A stretch of 64,000 bases of DNA from Bispira polyomma (taxonomy: Eukaryota). Of the stretch, positions 50,530 through 63,682 are shown piece by piece; the stretch's first letter is position 1, and each line of letters opens with the position of its first letter. The notes under the pieces are model-generated. The model made no database searches and was not told the DNA's origin. It saw only the letters and a program-made list of their open reading frames with translations. The position numbers were made by a program, and so were the translations under genes. The DNA is taken from positions 19,344,001-19,408,000 of the forward strand of contig OZ287752.1 in assembly GCA_965649765.1 (NCBI GenBank). Reading direction: 5' to 3'.

Positions 50530-51300
50530 ATGCGTACATTATGACAGCATTAGTTGTCAGTTTCTAGAGCGGGCCGCCCTTGAAATTTAACTCAACTTGT
50601 TTACATGTACATGCCAGCTAAAGCGGCTGACACTCCAATGTAATTAAATTATTAGCATGTATACTTAAGGAGCCAAAAAGGTTTCCCGCCAAAAACACCC
50701 CTTCTGCTTACAAACTAGCCAAGACTGGCAATTCTGAATTTAGGTTCTACAGAAGGGAAATTTGTAGAAACAGCTTTTAAATAGGGACATTTACACTTAT
50801 ACAAATATTTTACGAGGATTTTATTATACATGGATCAGTTTTTAAATCAGTAAAAGGGTAAAGTTACAAGTGTTCTTAGTGTACTGCACTCTACACAGTA
50901 TGGGGCCAAAGGTTCATAATACAAGGACCGCTACCAGGGCCAGATGTTTTATGTGTCGTTTTTTACACAGACCCCCGGTGGGAGAAATATGTACACGGCA
51001 AAAGATTGCTGACCACACCATGTCATCTTCAGCAGCTGAGGAACACATGCTAGTCACCCTTGCACACGACGGACAGCCTAGGGAGGGATACCCTGAAGTC
51101 ACAGCAGACAAAATGGCCAACGACTCATAGGTTCAGACAGACGTTTGACCTAAATCGTGTAATACTTTACATATGCCTTAAATAAGCTAAGGTAACCGCA
51201 AACTTAAACATGCCTTAACTAAGTAAGGTTATATTAAAGTGAAAGTGAAGGTAACCTTAAGTAAGGCTTATATAAGATGTATTAATGTGTAGTGGTTGTG
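50530..51300 (+). mobile_element. Miniature internally deleted YR-retrotransposon derivative
   Basis: TTTCCCGCCAAAA leader motif; gag start at ATG 50900 with CFMCRFLHRPPVGEIC (same finger as A and D); then an AAGGTAACC/CCTTAA-rich 3' tract. Confidence 0.6.
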
Positions 51301-51686
51301 TGTGAAATAGATTTTCCAAATGTGTTTGATAAATTTGTTGCTTTCTTTATCAGTGTTTATACCAAAACATTCCCCAAAAACTTGTTCTTCAATGTACTAT
51401 TACATCAACTTGAGGCCAGCTCAAAGCAAATGACAGTGTGCAGCAAATGCCTGAAGGACTAAAGACGCTCAGAAATCTGATATACTATATTTCACTGTCC
51501 GGGATATTTTATGATGTGCAGTTACCACATACTAATATAGTAATAGCTTGTCAATTATCCTATACATGCATAAAATTTGTGTTAAGTGTAAATATAATTT
51601 ATTTTATACAAAGTGCCTCATAAGCCAAGTTGTGTTTGACCGGCTGTTCAGTATTTTTATTATTGTATATATATGTAATCTATGTC

Positions 51687-54600
51687 AGCAAGCACGACCA
51701 TAAAGGAGTCTGCTACTTCAGTTCTCCACAATTCAAAACATTTTATATGTAATGACCCTAACCCCTGTGGGACGAGTTGACCATAACTTTACTCTGTCAA
51801 TCCACCCACACATACAGCCATTCCCTTTGTGTCTAGCCATACTATTTTTCCCACCTTTTTAGAATCCCCATATTGAAACGTGGTTCTGAAGAAAGCACAC
51901 CACGGGAAATTAAATTGTGGAATTCAAGTTATATTAACATAAACATTATACATTTAGTTTTATGGTCTTAGCATTTTAGTTTTATTTAGTTTGTTTATTA
52001 ATCTTAAGTGAGTTGCAAACGATTTTGTGAAATGGGTCGTACGAAAAAGACACCTTCAGATAATAAAAAGAAGGAGGCAAGTAAAAGTACCAGCTAAGCC
52101 AGAACTTCTCGTCGGAAAATAATACAGAAAGTGGACAGCGACAGCAGGATCACGGACTCCCAGGTTCAACTTAATCAGGTTCTTTCTGCTCAGTTTGCAT
52201 CCCCTTACTACACGGAACTCAGATCCCCACTGATATCACCATTGGTTATTTAACTGCGGCAGTAGACCCTCGTTTACAGATCACCACTGCTCCCGCCGGG
52301 CAAAGTTCGGATGTTCAGGCGATGTCGCCCATACTCACGATGCTGGACAAGCTAACAAAGTCCAACGGGCTAATCACGAGTAGACACAACCAGATGAAAA
52401 GACGGGTAAGCCAGAGTATTACCCCACCGGCTGCTCCCACCCAGGTCAACCCAGTCGTAGTAAATCCACTGCCAACAGTGAATCCAGTACCACAGCAAAC
52501 GCCTGAGCTCCACACTGACTACATGGCTGATGCTATCGTCCCAACAGTAGACATACTGAAGTTACTACCTGACGTCCAAGCACTGGTCAACAAACGCCTC
52601 GCTGAGTACGAAGCACAAGCACAACAAACTCTTACCCAAGGTAAGCTGGCCCCTCGCCAGAAGTCTGGCCGATTAAATAGCACCCATGTGGCCCCCAAAC
52701 TAAGGTGGGCAAATGAATGTTGGGTGGGCGGCAATTCCAGGAAATGTCCCACCTTTGATGAGCTCTCATTACCCCAATGGGCGGCCGCTCAACTGGCAAA
52801 TGCCATGCAGGTGATGGATCCAGCGACTTCTCAGGAAATGTGTCTGCAGGTGATCTTATCACTACGCGATGCAGTGTCATTTCCATGGGACATAGTGCAG
52901 ATTTCCTGGTTGCATAATATGCATGAGATCGAGGAGGGTCATCTTCAATGAGGAGACACTACCCAGTGGCCATTAAACTGCCTTAATGAATCTCAGATGG
53001 CCCTGCCTCATTCTGGGAGTTTTCACGGCAACTCGCACAACACACAGTCATCCAACTCGTCCAGGACCATATGCAAGCTATATAATTCGGGTAAATGTAC
53101 CAACAAGACTGACCATGGACAGTACAGACACATCTGCTGGCACTGTGCCACTGTACTACACAAGGATGTGACACACCCAGAGTTTAAGTGCTACAGAGCA
53201 AACTCGACTAAACAACATGAGGTTAAACCCAGTAACTACAGCTAGGATCCTTGCCAATCACTAGATGAACAAACATATGGGAAGTTAATTGGGGGCAATA
53301 ACAATGGGGTAGACTACAATAAAATTTTAGAAACTGATATGTTTAAAATAGAAAACGTCAATAGAACTAGGTTCTACAGTTGTTCTGAGTCACATGACAG
53401 TTATATGACTCAATTAGGTAAGTTTCAAGAGAACAATGTGAATAAGTTTGTAAATAATATGGCCAACAGTCAGGTGACTGGCAGTAAAAATAATGTTCAG
53501 GAAAGTATAGGCTGTAGTACAACAGCTGAGTACCATAGTATTACCAATGAAATATTGAAGGTGAAAGCTGAATTGGAAAACATGGACATTCAGATGACTG
53601 ATGAACAACTTCAATTTAGCAATAACAATGTCATTATGTACACTGACAGGTTACATGAAGTTGGTAGTGATAATGTGCACATTTATCTGAATACAAGTAT
53701 TGACAGTGATGAAATGATTTACAACAAAACAGTTAGATCAAACTTCAGACACAGTCATGACTGATGACTATCCAGGTGACGAATTGGTCACACAAATTTA
53801 ATTATTGGGACAAACCACTCCCAGTTTTACATATTCAAACTGAGAAACCAAAGTTGTCGGGTTTCTTCATTCAAAAATATAATGCCAACCAACAACTATA
53901 TGATTATTTGGAGTGTTAAAGACTACCAGCTGGTCCTCTGTCAGTCTTACAAATTATAGAAACTGAGGTAGTAATAACTACTTCAAAAGATAATCTTGTC
54001 ACTGATGTAAGTTACAATGACATAGATCTGGGTGACATCACACCCAAAGAAGTGTATGATAATTATAAGAAAGATATTGAATGTACCACAGAGCATGGAT
54101 GTGACTACACAACTTTCATCACAAAAATTATAGACAAAATTATCAAACTAGACAAGGCTGTTTTGCGGCACAACAGTGTTAAAACATTGAATAATAATGT
54201 ATGTGATATGAATAATGTGATTAACATGAACATGGAAGTTCAAAACAAGATAATCTTAACGTCGTCTGACTTCTTTAACAAATTTTCAGAAATTTCCACT
54301 GACAAAAAAGTTACCAATAAGGAAAAGATTTGTGACATAAACTTGTCCAGTAAGGATAAGGGTTTTATAGTGTTGTCAGATACCAGTTTCACATTTGAAG
54401 GACAGATAGGGAACCCATCCTTATTTCAAGCATACCACAGTTATTAGACATAGCAAACATTATTCACTCAACTGGAGTTTCTAACTACAGGGGGGCAAGA
54501 ATCCGCCTTGTTTCTGGTCTTAAACTAGAAAACTGGGAAAAAATTTTGAAGGACCACCCTGATAAATTACTTCCACTATCCCTTACTAACCCAAAGGAAC

Positions 54601-56773
54601 TTAAAGTAAAAGAAGCTACCAACCATCATTCTGCCCTCCAACGAATTACAAAATTTGTACTTAAATTCCCAACAATAGATGATATTGTGGCGGAAATACG
54701 GGTTACACCGAAAGCCAGGATTATGAAACTAGACATAGCCAGAGCATTCAGAAACCTACGGGTAGATCCTGTCGATGCCATTAAACTGGGCATTTGTTTT
54801 GGAGAGTACGTGTTACTTGCTTAGGTATAGACATTGATATAACTGAAGGTACTATCAGTATTACACAGGACAAAATTGAAGAAACCTATCAGTTATGTAA
54901 GGAAGTTTATGATAAACAGTGGATTTCTAAAGGGAAATTTAAATCTATATTAGGAAAATTATTATATATCCACAAATACGTTAAGCCAGCCAGGGTTTTC
55001 AAGAATTTAATCTGACCAATATACAGTTAGGGAACAAACAGTATTAATGCAACAGAAGTTTGTGTGGCATCAAATCCGAATGCACTTCTTTGCATTTGAT
55101 ATTCATTTATAATTTCAGGTTCTACTGAAACTACTCAAGCTCTAATGGGATCAACCTGGGCAAGAATCAATACAGTCCTAAGACCAAAGACTTTTTCCAC
55201 ATATAACAACCAGTTTAAGACATTCATGGCATTTACTTGTTTTGCTGGGGTACAAATTATAAACACACATTTGGTGATTGCCTTTCTAGAATACCTGGTT
55301 CAAAATGGCTCATAACCTGGTGCAATTAATAACTACATGTCATCTCTTAAGTTCATGGCTAGAAAGTATTCTTGGGATGTTACCATATTTGAGAATAACA
55401 CAGTAGCTATGTTTCTCAGGAGTTTAACACATAACTCACAATTCAGACCACAACTCAGATGCATTTTTGAAATTCAACATCTGCTTCTCATTTTCAAAAT
55501 CATGTGATATCCTTTCTGATCCAATTCTGGACAGAGCAATTTTTCTATTATCATTCTTCGGTTTTCTGAGGATCTCAAATATTGCACCCCACTCAAAGGC
55601 CCAGTTTGATCCCACAAGGCACCTATTAAGGAAGGATGTTATTTTTGGCCCACCAGGGGCACAGGTGATAATAAAATGGGCGAAAAACCTACGAACAAGA
55701 GGTGAGGTTCATATTATACAGACACCAAATTTACAGAACAGGGACTTATGTCCAGTCAAGGCATTACAGCAGCTATTACATTCTTGACCATTTACCCTCT
55801 TTTTGCTGCCTGTACTCCTCCATATTGCTCAGGGGGCGGCGGTGGCCTAGTGGTTAGCAAGCATTGTGCTTCACAATCACTGGTCTCTCACCTCTGGGCG
55901 GTGTGAGTTCGAATCCCGTCGATGTCTATGTGGGAAAGGTGGTAGTTCCTTACTGTGGGCCGCTGGTTTCAGTGCAGAACCTTGATCAACTGTATGCAGT
56001 GTTTCCTCCAGCATTTCCAACTACCCGTCCCAATATAACCTAAACAGGTACTAGAGTGGACGTTAAATATCCAAATTAAAATCCATATTGCTCAGTTACA
56101 GACACACATGTGCGTTCTGGACTTTTACCAGTACTAACACACTGTGGAATCTCACACAAATCTCACAGTTTCTACATATTTAGAAGATCAGGCGCAACTT
56201 TTGCATTTAATAATAATGTATCCCTCCTGAATATCATGGCTCATGGTCTCTGGAGATCATCAGCTGTCTGGACAGACTTGCAGAAAACTTCACAGGCAGC
56301 TTCCACAGTCCCACTTACCTTCGCCTCTGCCATTCCCCTCTCTTTCTAGTTTGGCTTGGGTGTTTTAAAATTATAATAATATTTTTAAAAATTACCATTT
56401 TAACCCTCTTTACTCTGTATACTATGTCCTAAACTTGTAGAAAAAATAAATTCTGAAACCTATAGTTTTACTACATCTTTTCACACCTCCTACACTAGAA
56501 TATAACCTCACACTAACTCCTTATGCTTGATCCACATTTGGGCGAACTGTAGCAAGCATAACAATAAAGTGGTCTGCTACTTTAGTTCTCCACAAATCAA
56601 AACATTTTATATGTAACGACCCTAACCCCTGTGGGACGAGTTGACTATAACTTCACTCTGTCAATCCACCCACACATACAGCCATTCCCTTTGTGTCGAG
56701 CCATACTATTTCCCACATTTTTGGACCCCCTTATTGAATGTGGCTCTGAAAAAAGCACACCACAGGAAATTAA
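51687..56773 (+). mobile_element. YR retrotransposon E (Ngaro-like)
   Basis: A repeats at 51687-51913 and 56551-56773; gag 52032-53245; RT with deletions (KLDIARAFRNLRV); YR 55119-56349 (FFGFLRISN, FRRSG, HGLWRS). Confidence 0.92.
55833..56081 (+). mobile_element. Full-length tRNA-derived SINE inserted in element E YR
   Basis: A box TGGCCTAGTGG, B box GTTCGAATCC; 14-bp TSD TCCATATTGCTCAG at 55819-55832 and 56082-56095. Confidence 0.92.
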
Positions 56774-57682
56774 GCAGGTGGCACTATAATAAAAAATCTC
56801 TCTCTTTCAGTGCCTCAGTCCAAACCTTTTATGAATAAGATCTTGAAGGGTGAGATCACATATATAACGTTTGAATTTGAGCTATAGACAAGCAGTTGGG
56901 ATATATTATTTCTACCTTCTACACTATGTAAAGATTGTATAAAAGCATTAATAATTATAAAGTAAAGCCACTTTAGGAGTATGAGTTGAATTAAACTAAA
57001 GTTACGATAACCTTAACTTTATGTCTAACATTTTACGTAAACTCAAGTTAGGGTAACCTTAGTAGTTAAGGTTATTTATATTTAAGGTTAAGATAAGTTG
57101 AGGTTACCTAACTTGTGCCATTTCCGGTATCGAACGGGAAATTTGATTGAAAGTCATTTGAAAGGACCTATAATGGCTTGAAAGGTACTATTATTTTTTG
57201 ATAGCAATATTGCATGTCTGTGCTTCTTTTTAACCTGAAGTTGTAGTTTTTAACCTGAAGTTGTTTTCAGTTTGCGTTAGCTTAGAACAGTTTACGTTTT
57301 TACTTTTGACTATTGCATGCAAACAATATTATCTGTACAATCAATACATGTTTCATTCATGATAGCATTTCATGATCACTCAAAGTCAGAAAACTTTTCA
57401 TTTTGTCTAACAATATTTGCTCATTTGTCAGTTTTTCCAACTCCAGTGTTCTCACCTTTAATAAAAGTGTGACTTTGTGTTTTCTTATGGTAAAATGTTT
57501 TCACACCTTTTGTCACACCGAAGCTATTAGGGCATTCTTTGAGTTCACAGGCATCGTTCTGAAGGTGGTATGTTATCCTTTTGAACACACCCGATGTGTG
57601 CCGCTATGCATTTTTACTGTTTTTACCACAGTTGTTTTTACAAACGTGCTTCAAATAAGGCTTTATTCTGCTGGAAAAATTA

Positions 57683-57833
57683 TTATTCGTATTTTGAATT
57701 TACAGAGGTTTTATTCCTGTTGTAGTCTTTCACTGCATGTGGATATGACCTTCTTGTGGCCAGACAAGAGGCACACATGTGCAAAAATATCCGACCGTTG
57801 GTCTTATGATCACTTTTGTTTGTATAAATACAG
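57683..57833 (-). mobile_element. Fragment of another YR-retrotransposon gag C-terminus
   Basis: Translates CIYTNKSDHKTNGRIFLHMCASCLATRRSYPHAVKDY..., matching the A gag finger DHEIGGKLHKHICSSCL...HPEKDC. Confidence 0.6.
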
Positions 57834-59254
57834 TGTTGGGACATTAACATAGTAAACCTTTATCAATAACTTTTTGCAATGATTTGCACTGAAAGTTTTT
57901 TACATGGAGGCATCTGTAATCAAATATAAAACATAGTGCTATGAAATATGCATATTCGTGGCTGTTATCATTTGATATAAAAGGTATTTGATATAAAAAG
58001 TAGTGAAATATCTTCAGAATCAGATTCGAATACAGCCCTTAGCCAAAGCTCCAACAAAGAGAGCACAACGTGTAGATGTCAAAGCCTTCCTGACAGATTT
58101 CAGAAGACAGGTGCCAGGAAGCCAGTTTTCTGCAGTAGTATAATAAACTTCCTTGTCTAGCATAGACATACATAATTGTCCAGTATAAATTGTTGCACGT
58201 TAAACATAAAGTATAAAAATGTAAAAATTAATACATTTTTGCTTTCAAAAATGGCACTCTCTCTTTCTCCCTACAATTAACATTACCTCCTTAAGTAAAT
58301 GGGTGTGAATGGTTACACATGTAAAACTGCATGAACATCCCCTGTCTGTCTTTCTTCCGCACGTATATGTAGTATATGTTTGCAGTCTTGAATTAAAGTT
58401 ACTTTTTTCAAAATATTTTAATAGATAGTATGGTACTTGCCATGCTGGACCTTTAATTTTTTAACTAGATTACGTGTTTAACTCAAGTGTAATGAATATT
58501 TGGTCAGGAATGTTTTCTTTCTGAATTTAATGCATACAATTTGTTAGTGTAAACTTAAATAAACATATTTCTATCTCAAAATATGGCTTTTCAGTCTCTT
58601 AAGAGTTCTGTCAGACTCGTTTTATGTTAGGGAAAAACTGTTTTTTTTTGTGTGTGGAAAAGAGTATCTTTATACATTGCAGTACAGCCAAATTTAATGG
58701 TAGACCTGTGATCTGCTGGGGAACGAACCGTAATGTGAGTCCCATACAGTTTATTATTATTATTACATATTTTTAATGCGATTTATTGATGCTGGGCATC
58801 TTCGAAAGCGCAACAACAGAATCAGTAAACCAATCATTTAATACAAGGATACAGAAAGGGCGTAAGGAAAAATGCTGGGGTGTACAAAAGGAAACAAAGT
58901 CTAAAAAGATATGTTTTACGTTTTGTAACAATATGAAAATTTTTTTTTCAAAAATTACAGTCAAATTACCTTCAAAAGTATCTCAGCCAAATTCCAATTT
59001 TCAGCCGTCATAAGGTGTATTGAGTGATCTTCCATATAATCCTTAAATTTCAAGCTTCTGCAGTCACTAAAAATAAATATGCAGATGCGGCCATTAATGA
59101 AGTAAAATATTCCACAAAAAAGTACATTCAAACAAACACATATATAATATAATAATATGATCAAACTTTGTGGTATAAAATTGGTTTAGAAGAAGTAAGT
59201 AATGGCTACACAGCACAACTGTATGACTATAGCCATTTTTTACTAAACCACATT

Positions 59255-62200
59255 TTGAGCCACAGGTCCAGCAGATCCCGCAGCAGCCGATTAATGCTCT
59301 CGATTATCAGAAGAACTGAATAGTGCCCAGTGTTGATGCTCTCAGGGCCATACCTAGTGTTCAATCTGCTGTCTCGTGCCAAGTGACTGAATATGAAGCA
59401 TTGGCGCACAAACACTTGCTCCAAGGTAAGGTGAACCCAAGAACAAAGTTCGGCAGGTTTAACAGTACTGATGTCACAACAGGGGATGCTCAATTTCGGT
59501 AGCTGAATGGGGGATGGATCAGGGGTACCGCCCAGAAATGTCTGACCTACAATAAACTTTCACTACCGCAGTGGGTGGCAGGGCAAATCTCCAATGCTCT
59601 GCAAGAACAAGACACGAGCTTATGAGAAGCATGATGCTTCAGCTTGTATATGCCATGCGGGACGGCGCCTAATTACCTTGGCCGGTTGTCAGGACAGCCT
59701 GGCCCCTCAACATGCAGGAGGTGGAGGATGGTCGGCTGTACTAACAGGAAAACATGCAGTGGGCGTTGAACAGGCTTAACGCCTCTCAACTCACGATGGC
59801 TAACAGCAGCCTCAGTGACAGTAACCATACGACGCAAGGAGGGAATTCAAATGGGGCCAAGGTGATCTGCAAACTGTTTAATAATGGTAAATGTTCAAAT
59901 AAGTCAGACCATGGTAACTATAAACATAGCTGTTGGTATTGCAGCAAGGTGCTAGGTAAAGAACAAAGCCACCCTGAATTCAAATGTTACCGGGCTAATG
60001 CCAACAAACAGTCAGAAAATTCTGTATCAAATAAATAGGTAAATATTCAACTAGCAGAATCACATGCCATAAATACTAGTCTAGTAATAAGAACAGAAAG
60101 AACAGTCATCTAATTGAGTAAAAGTGAATGATAAAAAGCAGCAATTAAATGTCGATAAGAACAATTACAAACATAATGAGGCAGTAAGTAAAGTTGAAAT
60201 TAATACAGTTGTTACCCAATCTGTAAATTACATGTCAGACTGTCAACAAGTGATAAATGTCATTAATGGAAATAATGTAAGCCAAAAGGTTCTCGTTTAA
60301 GGTTTTCCAGATATGGGCTACAATGTACACAGATGTGTCACAAGCAGACCATGAGGGAAATAATGTGAGTCATAATGTACTTGTACAAGGTTCTACAGAT
60401 ATGGGCCACAGTGTACTCAACACAGATTTGTCACAAGCAGACCATATGAACACGAGACACTAATTCAGATCTGATAACGCTAAAGATCTAGAATATAACC
60501 AATTATATATGAACAACAGCAGCAAAACATACAAAGTTAGAATAGATGTGACAAATTGGAATTACATAAGAAACAGGGGGGCAATTCCCCTTTCCCATAG
60601 TATACATTCACAGACACAATGGCCTTTTTAAAAAATTCTACTGTCAAATCTGGGATCAGGCTGCTGGTGTTCATTATCATAACCAAATTAAGTTAAAACC
60701 TTCTGGTTTACTAATAATTTTAAATTCATTTTCTGTAATGTTAGAATATCAGGAATGTCAATATTTCTAATGTGGTATTGAATACAATTATGTTTCTGCA
60801 AAAGACAAACGACAACCTGAGGACGTTAAATTGTTTTATGACATGAGATATTACATGTTTGGACAGATATAACATGGACTATACTATGTATATGAAGCAA
60901 ATTATTGACTGCATGATTGATGACTGTAAAGTGACTGACAAAAACACAGATAATGTAGATAATAATGTATGTATAACAATGAACAGGAAGACAGACAAAA
61001 TGACTGGAAAAAATGAAACAGGTAAGAGTCGTTCGCTTTGTTATGTCATCATAAATCTGGCTTCTTCAGAACATTTTAATCACATGTTAAAAATGGTCAG
61101 GAAACCTGTTATCTGGCCTACATATCAAAGCATGGGAGAACTTACTAAAGGAATATCCTGACCTCTTATTAACTCAGTACATTAAGTTTGGATTCCCTCT
61201 GTCTTTGACACAGCCAGACGGGATAACAAATCATAAGGTAACAAATCATTTTTCGGCTACTCAGTACCCTGATGCAGTAAGGCAATACTTGGAAAAGGAA
61301 ATATCATTAGGGGCCATGTTAGGGCCTACTAAGGACATTTCAGATCCACAGTACAATTGTTCACCACTATTAGGCCAAAAGATATCAAAAAAGGGTTGAC
61401 TCATATAATACCTTTCTTACCCACAAGGAGCCTCTGTTAATGACAACGTTGATAGGGGCAAATTTGACAGAGTCGCCTTTCTATTAAAGTTTCCAAACAT
61501 AGATAACATTACAGAGGCAATTCAAAGTACTGATGATCCGGTAATATTTAAAATTGATGTTGCACGCTCCTGTAGGAACCTCCGTATTGACCCAATCGAC
61601 GCCATGAAACTAGGAATATTTTGGGATGTTGAATACTATGTTGATCCGGCAATTGCGTTCGGCTGGGTCCACCGTAGCACTGCCTTCCAGCGTTGTCATT
61701 TATGGGTAATCATGGTTACCAGGTACTTGGATGTATAGATGATTACGTTTGCATTACCTCAAGAGAACATGCGCAAGCGGGTTTCGATATTTTACATGCT
61801 ATCATGATGAAATTAGGTTTACCTCTCAATGCAGATAAGCTCACTCCACCCACTAAGAAACTTACTTGTCTGGGCATTGACTTTGACATCACAGCAGGCA
61901 CTATTAGTATTCAACTTGAGAAATTAAAGGACGTTCACAAAACATGCCTCGAAGTGCATGATAAGAAGTATATTTCAAGAACAAAATTTCAATCACTCCT
62001 GAGTCAACTGCTTTATATTCATTAATGCGTCGCCCTGGTCAGGATATTCATTAACAGGTTTTTAGCTGCATTTAGAAACAATGGTATGAACAAAAGATTC
62101 AAGGTCAGCAGTGAAATGCAAGCTGACATCCAATGGTTCATAAAATTTTTGGAAAAAATTTATGGCATAACATATATACACAAAGACATTATTTCGCATG

Positions 62201-63665
62201 CAAACGAGTTGCATTTGGATGCCTGTCTCACCAGATTCGGGGGAGTATGGAATAACGAGGTATATGCCACTTCATTCCATGGTATTTTTAACAGAGAATT
62301 GACAATTGTTCATTTGCGTTAAAAAATTGGACCGAACAGTGAAAACACCAGAAATTGAGCATCAACTGCGATAATATGGCTGTGGTTCTGGTAGTTGACC
62401 ACAGAAAACTACAGATAAATTTTTAGCACTTTGCTTAAGGAACATATGGCTAATTACAGCAGCATATGATATTACTCTTGAGATTAAACACATTCCTAGA
62501 AAAAAAAACATAATTCCTGATGCATTATCTAGAATATATTCAGTAAAGGGCATTGACAATAATCTATTGCAATCAATTAGAGATAACAATGTTTGGAGAT
62601 CAGTCCCACTTGAATATTTTAATTCAAACCTAACAATTTAATTTCAGGTTCTTCACCTATTACTCAGCAGGACACAGCACGGGCCAGGATCAATACTGAT
62701 TAAAGACCAAAGTCTAATTCAGCATGTGAAGGACAATTTAAAACATTTCTAGCATTTTTACAGTATTCAGGTATCCAACACATTACCACACATGCTGTAA
62801 TTGCCTTTTTGGAATATTTGGCTAAAAACAATCAATTCCTGGGACCATTAAAAATTATATGGCTTAGATTTATTGCGAATAAATATGTATGGGACCTCTC
62901 TCTTTTCAGACCCAATTCAGTATCTCCGTTTCTCAGGAGTTTATCTCATAATTCTTCATTTAGACCCAAACCTAAGGGCATTTTTACTATTCAGAAATTA
63001 CTGCAAATTTCAGCTACATGTAAAATTTTGGATGACCCAATCTTATTTAGGGCAATCTTCTTGGTAGCATTTTTCGGGTTTTTAAGGCTATCAAATATAG
63101 CTCCTCACTCTAGGAAAAATTTTGATTCATCCAGACATTTCCTCAGACAAGATGTGGTTTTTGGTCACCCGGGAGCCCACATCATACTAAAGTGGGCGAA
63201 AAACCTACAAAACACAACAGACACACACATTATTCAAATTCCAACCCATTTAGAACAAATTACTATGCCCAGTAAGGGCTCTTATGGCTCTCCTCCATTC
63301 TAGGAAGTTGGACAATAGCCAACCTCTGTTTGCACAGGACAAAGCACCTTTTCTCACAATAGTTGACTCACACGTTAGGGCAGCATTGCAAACAGTTCTC
63401 TCACACATAGAATTGCAATATAGTTCCAACGGATTTCACACTTTCAGAAGGGCGGGAGCCACTTTCGCTTTTAACAATAATGCATCCCTTCAAAAAATTA
63501 TGTCCCATGGCCTTTGGAGATCTTCCGCTGTGTGGACCGTTCCACAAAAAACCTTCCAAGCAGCTTCTGTGGTCCCTCTAAGTTTCGAGGCTGCCATTCC
63601 TTCTTCTTTCTAGTTTGGCTTGGCGCCAAAAATTTTACTTTTATTTTAAAAATTTTAAGCATTTG
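59255..63665 (+). mobile_element. YR retrotransposon F (related to B), 5'-truncated
   Basis: gag 3' half (CKLFNNGKC...CWYC...HPEFKC); RT (KIDVARS, CIDD); RNase H (LDACLT); YR 62648-63613 (FFGFLRLSN, HTFRRAG, HGLWRS). Confidence 0.9.
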
Positions 63666-63682
63666 TTATACTATGTTAAGAA

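Noticed and set aside
55833-55925. tRNA gene
   Set aside because: A/B boxes are too widely spaced, followed by a non-tRNA body and flanked by a TSD, so it is a SINE
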